From positions 23,994,001-24,058,000 of the forward strand of contig OZ249447.1 in the NCBI GenBank assembly GCA_965235115.1: a DNA stretch of 64,000 nucleotides, written 5' to 3'. Both the position numbers and the translations under genes were made by a program. The stretch is from Laetmonice hystrix (Eukaryota). Each line of letters begins with the position of its first letter. Position 1 is the first letter of the stretch. The notes beneath the pieces were generated by a model, which did not search any database, was not told the origin of the DNA, and saw nothing but the letters and a program-made list of their open reading frames with translations. Shown here piece by piece: positions 47,391 through 59,100 of this stretch.

Positions 47391-50103
47391 TTAATGTGCA
47401 TGCCACAGAGTTGGATTTAAAATCGATAACGATTTGTTAACTAGAAACAGATGTGCCATTGGGCGGATAAATATATGTACACATCATTATTATTATAATA
47501 CAAGTCCATTCACAATTATATGGAGGTGTAACATCACTTTACTCCACACAACTCCATCCATAACGTATGACCAGGATAAATACAAGCGTCTGCTGTACAT
47601 AACATACTGTGCTGGGTTGTATAGAGACGGCCGCGCAGTGCCCTTCCATTCCCTATACCATTCGTAGATACACGCGGATCATACACTAAAACGGAGAAAC
47701 CTCATGTAAACACCTTCGACGACATCCACTTCCGCCGAGTTCAATCGAACGGATTTAAGTTTATTTTAGCCACCTTAAAGCATTCGAAAATAAACTCTGT
47801 GGAGACTCTGCAATTTCAGATATGATTTTATCATTTTTATTACAAGCGTTAAACACCGTCGTTTAAAGTTAGCGGATGTTGCGTGTGAAGGACATAAAAT
47901 ACGAGTTGACTAAGCACCTATTTATAAAGGCTCAAGTTAAGAATCAACAGCATGTGCTTGTAAACAGCATCTGAACAAAAAACACACAGTAAGTGTGTGA
48001 AACACGTTCCGTCCGAGACAGTGGCCCATGGTTTAAATAAAAAAAACATGTGACAGGGTTCTGTATGGACTGAAGTCACCACTGTGGCCACAGACGGAAC
48101 ACAACGAGAAACAGAAGACATTGCGTAAATCGGACAACTGCGTATTTTCTCAAACCCCAGAAGGAAAGTTTCGTTTTCCTTTCCTAGAGTCCTGGATAAC
48201 TTTCGGTTTAACGGAGTTAACCTTCGGAAATTAGCGGTAATTTCTGGTTTACTGTAGGTTTGCAGTATACGGTTCGCTGGAAATATCAATGACCATGAAA
48301 CAAAAGCCATACATAAAATGAAGTTTCAAGCTACCAAACCTGTAGTTTTAAGTGTTAGGAATATTGGCAGGCCTGTTGTGTGTATAGTGCCAGGAGTTGC
48401 CTAAAGAGAATAACTCGAGCGATGTGGAGACCTACGTTCAACACAGCGAGATTAATGTGCAGTAGAGAATAAAACCAATCCCCCACTTTTAAAAACCCCC
48501 ATCACCATTTGACCGGGTGGCGCCCCCTGGATTCCTGTGTCCGCTGTGACATGAACCCCCGATAGGAGCTCGACTGGCGGCCAGGATCTCTCAGCGTACA
48601 ACATGACAATGATGAATAACGAGAAGAACTGATGGCCAGGACTCTAGCCGCACACCACAATCATTGTTCTCACCACTCATAACACTCCAACCTTTACGTA
48701 CAGAACAAAGCCATTATAGTATGGATAATATACGTCTCTTATATATATATATTTAACGTCAAAGGCCACCTTTTTGGCATGGTGTGATATATGTATGGTG
48801 TAGGCCCTTTTCAAAGTCTACACTCGCGGGGATTGCCTTTGCTATTTAGAATGAATCGTTTTTTTTCTCTATAATGCGAATCCTCTGTCGTCCACGTCCA
48901 GCTGTCGGAGACGACTGGTCGCGCCACCTATCGTCTGTGAAGGTCACTGTCTCCACGTGGAGCACGAGGCACACACGTCAGTGGGGCGGGCTGTCCTCCA
49001 CTGACCCCAACCTACCCGCCGTCCTACCCTCACACCAGGCCTTACCAACCATTTACGGGCAGGCCTATCTTTTTGGTATGAAACTGTGCCACCTTTAATC
49101 TACTGTTTCTGAACCACGCACCTTTTGATTTCCTATTGTTGACCTTTGATTAACCAAACTACTCCCTATAGCGTTCTTTTGCTTTATTACACTAGGCGCC
49201 ATCTTAAACTTACTGTTAATGGCGACCATAAGGCAGTCGGCTATCTAATCAGCAAACAGGCCAAGCTGTGGTGCATCGGCACGAGTTATATCAGAATGCA
49301 AGATGCCTTATTCAATATGGATGTAACGTTATCTTGGCACATGTACTCAAAGTGTACGCTTGTACACTAATGACTCTGGTTTCGATATAAAAGTTACCTT
49401 TTTCAGTGGAAGGTTAGCAGTAGAAAAAGCTATGTGACATGTGGATGTGTTGGTTTGTATGACACCCATTAGGCCTGTGCTCCGGTCCACCACACCATGA
49501 CTAAAGTGGTCGCCGTACGTAACTAGAACTGTCAACCAGTCGTATTAGGTGGATTTCGTGAAAAAATAAATTCCACAGGGATCAGGGCACCATGTCTCGA
49601 CATCCACGTTCCCACTGCTGTGAGCTGAGACAATGCTACTTGCAGCCGACATGTAGTGGGTGGGGGCAATGATAGAAGTTGAGAATTTGGGCATTGTGTC
49701 TAGGACAGGATCTACACTGTCCCCTAGCCCTCCTCTTCCTATGGATCCTTTGGTTGGAGCGCAGGGTGCAGACAGACGATGAGGTTATATGGAGTGGCGA
49801 TCATCCAATGCATTTCGACCAACGCTGCACACAGTTATCACACTCAAGCGCGCCCCATGACGTCATTATAATCATATTATGTACAATATTTATAAACATC
49901 ACGATCCCTGTGCACACAGGTCCCTAACCAATGAGCATCGGGAGGCGTTCTCATCCATCCACGTCCCATTAAATGTGGCCGCCAGGGGGCGTCGTCATGA
50001 GTTGTTTCATATATAACCTATTGAAGACGTAGGTCGGCATGAGTCAAGCTTGATGAGTGTGATACGGAGGGGGGGGGGGGGTCTGAACAACCGACACCCA
50101 CTA

Positions 50104-53100
50104 TCAGTGACACCGTAGTACGTGTACTACAAATAATAACACAGTCAGGAGGAGCAAAGATGAAAAGTTCCGGCAGCTCCCGCAATGTGTGGCGTCCTCC
50201 TGTACGAATACACAACGAACGTATGAGAGCAGGACGAGGGGAACTTATACAATCGCAAATAAATGACCCAACACAAACAAACATTTCACAGCCAACGAGA
50301 TGACATACATGATTTACCGAGGCATAGAAAGAATAATAATCTTAATAGTCCAAGCATTCATACGAGAGTTGATACAATTTCGACAATTTGAACGATTAGA
50401 TCTAAATATCATGGAGAACAACTTGTGACCCCACAATACTTATTCGTCCTCATATAAGACTCGATCTTCATGCAAAGATAGGGGGTTTGTACATTTATAT
50501 GCTATTATCTGTTTTATTTATCCATTATATTTTCAAGATGGCTCCCATGTTGTTAAGAATTCGCCCTCTAACCTCGATGTGATACGAGTGACACTCGTCA
50601 GGCCTCTTTCTGTAGATGTCTTGCTGTAGACGTTGACACGTCATAGTGTCGTTATGTAGGCAATGTCAAGGTCAAAAATCAACAATCAAAAACAGATCAT
50701 TTTTACAGATCGAGCATCACAAACAGGGGCTGTACAATAATATCCTCATTTAATAAACAGTAGACTAAAACTCAACATAGAAAACACTTGATCTAAAATG
50801 GTCACCCTCTCAAAAATGGCTCTCAATATGGGCCTGTCATACCCACTCGTAATAAGATCACTAACACGGGAGAAAAACACGCCCGTTTTCAAACCCAGAC
50901 AGATGTGGCCATGTGGCTGTGATCTAAAGGATATATTCAATCTTCTTTGGTTCTACCACTATGGGCGGGTCCATGATGCAGTAGCATTGGGCGTCAACGG
51001 CTAGCAACATGAGGTTGGTTCGCTCCACGCGATGGATGGAATAGGACCTGTAACATTGACGTGTAGCCACAATAACGACGTTATGTACGAGCGCCTGGTA
51101 CATAACAATATCACTGCCTGGTATATGTAACAAACACAATAGTTTCTACCCTTTCAGCAAACCGGAATATACATGGCCAAACTGTCCAACGTAAACCAGT
51201 GCCGCTTTTACAGACATCACGTCAGTTATATTTTTTGTTACTGACTCCGGTGGGCTCAGGGTATACTTATGAAATCTTAAATATTAGCATGTTTTCTTCA
51301 CATCTATGAAGCCGAAAGTCACCACCACTGAAGACAAGTGACTCTACAGGTGTGATTAATCTGTGCCTTGTGTGAATCAATAAACGGCTTAAACTCAATA
51401 TGCACCGACTTTGGGTTCACAATCCTTAACGCAATGTGTATACATAAACTGTGCATGGCATTATGAAACATTTAAAAATAAAGCTTGCCACACCATATAC
51501 ATCAAACAGCTCAGGATGATAACATAATATAGCAGATCCAGAATATATTGATCTATTATCGACCGTTATGACAAACATCCCGGAAACCCATCAAACAGGC
51601 AAGTTGCAATTACCGCAACAAGGAGCTACTATAATTGTGATGAAAATGGGCACACCGCCACAACATCCTTACTGTTTTGGTCATATGATGAGTGGTTTCT
51701 ACTTTCATCCGGAGATCTCCAATCAAGTATTAAAGGAATACTTCGGCACCCTTTTACTTAAAATCTTGATCAAACATAACCAGTACACAAGCCTAGTTGT
51801 AAAGTTAATGCACACTACAATCTTGACATGTTTTCTTCAGCTGATGTCATTTAAGACGGTGTTTTTAGTAATATCTAAACCGTTCTACCATCCATCGTCA
51901 ATGAAGCGTCACAGCAGCGTCACTGTGACCATTTCCACCCACAAATTCCCATCAGAATAAATGTCACTAATGAAATTTACGATCAAGCTAATGTCGATAT
52001 ATAACAACCCATCTTTGTTGATGCTAAATGCATACTGCTGTCTAACAATAACAGGCCAAAGACAAACTGCATAACTGTCTACGTGATCAAATTAATTCTG
52101 CAACGCTGCAGCATATGAACGTCTAATGTTACTGAGTGCTTGGGTGCAAGGTGTCGTCCTTAGCAAATAATCAACAAGCTTTGGCCTACTCAACTGGTTG
52201 TATATTTTTATGATTTTTCAACTAACGAGTGGACTGGTAGACTGCCATACAATCTATGACTGTATGTGGGCCTAGCACGGTGATCCGCCATGAAAATCAC
52301 ACCCGTCACATTCATCCTTATGTGTAACGGATATCATAAAGCCATTCCTTAATGAATTATTCTGACACTAGGTGTCTCTGTCTGTCGGTGTGATGTTAAA
52401 AGAAAGCAGAGCGTGTCACCGTGCTGGTAGAGGTGGTATTCAGTGTAATAACTCGTTTTCAGTGATGGTGCAAAAATTGTCAAATTTCAACAGCTGCTTT
52501 TCTAGCATACATACTAACTGCTCAGACAGAAGGTTTTACCTGGTGGTGGCATTTGGTACTACAATGTTTCAAGTCTCCCTCAGCAGGGGGCCTAAATACC
52601 GGCGTCAAATGTGACATTCAATGAAACAAGGCCGTGCGATCTTAAAATTCCGAAAGGTTGTTTTATACGTCAATGCCACGTCAAGTAAAATACAAACGTC
52701 GAACAAAAGTCATCAAAAATTTCCCCAAATCTACAACATGGAATGTTCATCACAACTGTAACTACGGATGTTCACACAGAGAGCATGTAACACGATTAAC
52801 AGGATTATCGCAGAGCGATTATTAACTGTCCACTTACGAACTGTAATCCCCTATCCAAAATAGTAAATGAACACTCTTTATAAAATCCTGGGCGCCATGA
52901 CACTGAGGACATTTTGCCTGTTGTTCCAAGAATTCTATGTTCGGATGGCAGAAGCAAACGATGTATCCTAATTAAGGCGCTTGCAATTTTTGGGCGATGT
53001 CTCACTATCTTACGAACTAAATTACTGTTCGAACGACACTTTTGGCATCTGATCGCACTTTTTATCCGAATTTGCGAGCGATATGATTGAACAACGGTCA

Positions 53101-56100
53101 CTGCTGGTTGGGTTCCTTCCACGGAGAGCGTACAAGTATAGTGAAGCTATTGTATAGGCGTGCAACAGCCACACACTCACATTTTAAACGAAATCTCTTG
53201 GAAAAGGGGGACCATAGTCACAATATTCTATTCATTATTTGGTATACCGGTAATACTTCTATATCGTTGTAAAATACTTGATGAGGAAATTTTTGATTTT
53301 TCTTTGAGAGTATTTTTTTCTCTTTGAAACAGATACTAGTAGTTCACACAAAAGGGGCAATGCCTTGATGTAGAGGCACGGGCCACTGGAGTGAGCGCTG
53401 GGGAAGCTTGGCAGTGGTAGATTCACGCACTTTGCCTTCATCACGTACTTTCCCAACCGGAACTTATACAAAATGACGTCACAGTAAACAGTAAACGTTC
53501 AGCCCGCCACTTACTGCAATGATTATAACAGGTCCCTGGCGACTCTAACAGACTGACTGTATTATACAATAATAATACATGGACAGCCAACGAGCACCAA
53601 TGGCTATCAGGATACTCGGATGCCAAATACACTGCTGTCACAAAGGCTCCCATCCATCTCAACAAAAGCTTTTAAACCAAAAACACTGGGATTCGTCCAA
53701 GCTTGTCCAAACCAACCAGGGCTGATGCCAGTACACATTCTCGTCTATTATAACCATATCTAAGTTGATAATCTTGGCAGCTTTGGTCTCTCTGTGTACC
53801 CTGGGACCATGCATACTTATCTGTTACTGCCGAGTTTCCACAACCATACGTTGTTGTATAGCTGAATACCAAAATACATAATTGAGGCCCAAGACAGGTT
53901 ATTGGCTGAGTGACTTCAAGTGTAAGATAGGGTTGTTTATAACAAAGCCAGAGTGATACGTCGGATATCACCAGGTTATACCATGAAGTTGTGGGCCCCA
54001 TGTCACGAGTGCAAGATCCGCTCCAGTTTGACCAATCGTACAACGCCGTGACAAGGATCGCCATGTCTTAATACGCCAGCACTCACACAACTTACTATAA
54101 ACAGTTTGTGAGAGCATTGCACTGGCCATTACGATGTAGGCCTATAATTAATTGTTATACAGAACTACAGCGCTGGAATATTACACTTTCGCAAGCTGGT
54201 TTCAATATCAAGCAGGTTGCTTCCTTTGCCCTAAAGGGCCTACATAATGAAAAAGGAAAAAGCAACCGGTTCAGTATTAATAAATCGGAGGGCCCAACGG
54301 TCGTTTTCCCGCTAAAACAGCTCGTGACGCCCAACCCCGGAGAATGGATTCCACCTTACTGTTTCTACAACGGTATCTGACGTCATCCTTCTATCTCAAT
54401 GGACACAGACTGTTTTCAATACAAAGGCGTTGCTGTGGATTCTAAGGTGCATACCAGCCACACACCACCACAGATTATTATACCAAAACTAATACTTATA
54501 AAAACGCCAACTCTACATTAACTACTTACCTTGTGCACCAACCACATTTGAGTATAGTATCAAACTGTGGCAAAGAATCAAAGTCGACTAAAAACAATGG
54601 GAACTCCTTTGTGCACGACTCATGACCAATAAGCCGAGGGCCATACTGCTTCTTGAGCGTGCCGTACCACTCCATGACCTCCTCGCGGTTGGTGTAGTCC
54701 ACCCGACTACCGAATAATTCATCTTTCCATTGAAACACCTGCTCCTCGTTACCGAAATTGCGCAGTTCGGTCAAAATCCGACCTATCAAATCTTCCATGT
54801 CATCTATGTTCTGAAACTCGTCGCCACCTGTGTTTGCTGACGACAGAAACAAGCACCAAGGGTTTACACGTCATTCGTGCTGTTATAGAAGTGCCGCGGC
54901 GACTGCCCAACGGGCCGTCCGCAATACTGACTGACATCATAGTGAGTAGTAATTGCTACAGCATGCAGGTAGAGCAGTTGGTGTACTATGCACACCTCCC
55001 TGCGCAAGGAAGCAGACGTTTTGCATGGTTGCCTTATCTCCAAATTTTGTTCGAAAGGAAATCTATTGACATACAAGGACACACCAAACATTCCAAGCCA
55101 AGGTCAACACGAACTGGGGCCGATGAATAATTAACCCGCGCAAATAGCCATAATTAGCGCAAATAATTTTTACATTTGGATGTTCTTATGAAGCTCTGAT
55201 CACTAAATGTATCGGTACTCAAGCGGCCAAACATATTATACAGTTATAGGTTTATACGTTATGCGTTTTTCCGCCGAAGGTCGGCAGCACAGCAAACTTA
55301 AAGCTCAACTTTTTAAACAAAAATTACCAGGACAGATATCTCCACCACCTCACTTCAAACATGTTGATTCTGATATTTCGTTTTGTTTTCGCATTGTAAA
55401 ATTTAAAGGGCAGCTTTTAGGAGGGGTTTGAAGGTTGGTGGAGGTATAGCTTTGACAGCGGAGGGGAACATACGGACACCACTGAGCAGAGAAAACACTT
55501 ATATACATCCATACGGTGTGCATGGTCTTCATCTAGACTCTATCTTTCCGTATCTGTATTGTTGTGTCACCCCGTGTAGAAATAAGTGAACCAAAGTTAT
55601 AAACCGAAATGAACATGTCAGAGGTAAAACAGGAATAGTGAGGAAGTCAACTTGTGAAAGAAAATTTAAATAACGAAGGTGTTAACGAAAGGTAAATGAT
55701 ATGTGTTACTGTCTCATATAGTGCTTCACCCAGCCACCCTTCATTTAGTAGACTGCTACAGAACTAGCTCCTGCTCGACGACCTGCTGGCAAGGTTATAA
55801 AGATCATTCAGAGAGACAGAGCTACAAGACTGCATTCATGGAAATATCATGCAACATAAAAGTACTAAAAGTACAAACAAGGAGATTTTGGGATTAAATC
55901 AGATGAAATTAAAAGCCCAGCAGAAGGGGCTGTCCACATATTAATGGAGTTGGGCGATTGAGGTATCCGGGATTGTTGATTATGACTTTCAGACAGAGAC
56001 TGAGAGAAAAAGCAAGCCAACATCCCACAGAAACAGCCATGGAAACAGGGAGGTATACAACCATGTAGAGCTGACTCAAACATCACGGCGGGCCGGTGCT

Positions 56101-59100
56101 GACCTTCCGTCACCGCCGAAGGTCATCACGCGGAGTCGCGAAAAAAAAATTAATGTTGTGTTGGTGATAAGGCAAGATGCAGATACTGCAATACTATATG
56201 ATGTCAGGTTTATCAGATCGTGGAGGCCCCCGTGGTTTGGTTGAACATGATGGGAGGTAAGAGACGGGTATGAGTGTTGTGTTCTCTAGACAAGGCGCGT
56301 TATGTGATGAACGTAATGAACAATGACTGTGACGAGATGGGGGGTCAATGGTGAAGAGTGAGATGAGTGGTGATATGTAACAATGGTGTTTATGAGCTTC
56401 ACCCTGAGCCACATACTGGAAATACAATCTCCATGCTAGACACCTCAAGGAAGCAGTTTTCCAGTAGGAACTAAAACAACGGTTCATGATGATAAGCATG
56501 ATGGTGCTGCTGAAAAATGATCAGGATGTTGCAGAACATGAGCGTTTACATTCCAGTAAAAAGAGAAGCTTCGTTTAGTGAGAGGAAGAGCCGCCAGGGG
56601 GCAGCCTGTGTGCATGGATGATACTCACTTAGTTGTGTTCACACACTGGTCCTGGCACTGGATGGTTCCAGAACTCGGGAGGCCTCGCAGATCAGCCGAG
56701 AAGAGAGATAGGCTATTTATGCACTCCTCATGACCAATAATGTGCGGCCCGAACCGTTTCTTGATATTCTTAAACCACTGCTTGATGGCAGAATCTGGCT
56801 GCCTGTCCATGATCATCTCTCGCCACTCATTCACCCACATGCGGATCTGATCCTTGTTGGCAATGGGGACCAATTCGTTAAAGTCAGGCACGTATTGGTC
56901 ATAGTAGTCATCGGTAGGCTTGCCAGTACTGACTGGATCCGAGTAATAAGGCGACTCTTCGGACTGATTGCCTGTGAAGCACATACGGTAAATGATCGAG
57001 ATACGATCAACCACCACCAATGTCGGGGGCAAGGAGTCGCCCCCTAGTGGCGGCCATGAAAGTGGCGCCACACCAGCCACTTCCGAGGAATCCCACGTTG
57101 GGCACAGGATTACAAAGGGACTTGTACGGAATGAGAAATAGAAAGGGCAATGAGAGAGAGAGAGATAGAGAGAGAGAGGACATCTGGCTTAGCTATAAAA
57201 GGTTACAATGTTATACAACAGCAACCACAATACCGAGGGACTGACACGCTCCTCTTGGTTAAGGGAATATACACAATCTGAGGACGATTTTCACCATCTA
57301 CCATAATAATATTTTTCAGGTTTCCCTCCCCAAACCTTCACCACTCTACCATGGACACTTCCTTCAGCCAATTTCTTGAACATGCTTACATGAAAAGGTA
57401 TGGGATTTAGCACCCCCCCTTTTTTGCCGCTGATCTAGGATTGCTATACGTAGAGACGCCTTCCCCTACAATCCTGGATCCGCTACCATGAAAGACCATG
57501 AAGCATAACAGCAAAACTATGATATGGCCTGATCAAAATGATACTGATACTGGAACGCGAGTGTTCAGTAAAATGTGCATTGTATTTAGTACTCTCGTCA
57601 ATGTATCGTGAAGCCTGTTCTACTCTGCTGCACCATTTCTTGGTTTATCACCCTTTTATTATACGAATATGAAACCTGGATTTTAACTGCAGAGAAGTTG
57701 ACTACGTGACGGCTCGTACATGATATACTTTTGAAAACAATGATAAATGACGAAAGAGAGTAAGAGATAGGCAAGACAATGACTTTGCTAGCAGGCCTAA
57801 TGTCAGAAAGAAATCCTATCAAGAGATATTCTGCTGCCTAGGCGGTGTGGTCCTTGTGAAGGTTCCCGCCCGAATCTCCTGCCTACCCCCACCCGTACTA
57901 CACTCCCGAACGATGCCCCTTAACACTCAAGGCTAATGGCTGTAGCCTACAAGAGTGCCTCCTTAAAGGCTGCAGAAAAGCGTCTAACATCAAAGACAAC
58001 CCCCTGGATCGATCCGCAAGCAGGTGGACAATAGCGTTAATGCCTAATCCCCAAGGACAGGGGTAGAATGGCAATCAAGCTCGCTCCACAGCTCCACAAG
58101 TTTATCATGAGGATGGTACCAGCTGACGACTTTCTCCACACGTCCTCGGGTCCCTATGTTCCTCCATTGTTCGTCTAGTCTTCTCTTTTAAATTTCTTTT
58201 CGAATAATATGTTAAATGATCCTAATTGAATGAATGAGTAAGAGAGGGGAACAACACACATGGGCCTTTGATTACAATACAATGCGCATGTTACTTAAAG
58301 GAGAAAAGACCAGGCGTCAAGAGTAAAGTATGCTTATAATATAATGACAGATATGTCACGTACTTGGAGCGAACCTTTAAAGCTGAGATGCAGTGCCCGA
58401 GCGTTAGAGAAAAGATGATGGTAGGGAGACAGAAGGATGCGGATGGCGACATACAATGAGAAGGAGTCAGAGAATGACTCAGCAAGATGAAGCAGGCACT
58501 GTGCGAAGAGCAGGTATCACACTCACAGCTTCACCCTCGTACTTCATCTGCCACTCTGACTGACCGCAAGCCGCACAGCATGCACGAGATATCACAGCCG
58601 CAAAACCAGCACCAGTCTAGTCCGTACTTCAAGCCATTTCGTAAGCCACTACAGATAAAAGGACTTTACAAACTCAGGCTTTCTGGCAAAGCTAAGCCAC
58701 CTAAACGTAAAAAAGGCCATGCCAAACTCACTCTTTTTATGATATGATTAGAAAGTTGTAATTAGAGGCCAAAAGCTTTGTCCAAAATAAAATGTGCATT
58801 GATTGGACGCAGTTCGCCTGAACAATCGAACATAAAGTAATCTGTGGCAGGGGAAGATTATCTCTTATTTCACATATATATTTTGTTTTACCATCCGACC
58901 AGCTGTCCGTTGATCTGTGGTCACAGTTTTAAAGTTCATGCTGACCGCCCACGTCTGGTGTTATTTACGCATAAACTGAACAATTTGGCTGCTATCTACA
59001 GAACGCAAACAGAGCTAATGTGAAACCAAATCCACCACACATATACACACGTCTGATTGCACACCTCGCGAGATTTCTGACAATCACCTAGCAGCGCAAC

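Noticed and set aside
46600-48310. Possible extra gene between pore-former paralog 2 and the alpha2delta stop codon
   Set aside because: Isolated splice-like signals and short ORFs could not be joined into a coherent or recognisable product.
51570-51700. YYNCDENGHTA, zinc-knuckle-like peptide on the plus strand
   Set aside because: The CCHC motif is incomplete and isolated; at most a decayed retroelement fragment.
54932-54999. 68-nt segment that could link alpha2delta exons A and C in frame
   Set aside because: It would duplicate the delta cysteine module within one chain, and its peptide has no alpha2delta resemblance. Kept only as the alternative hypothesis to mutual exclusivity.
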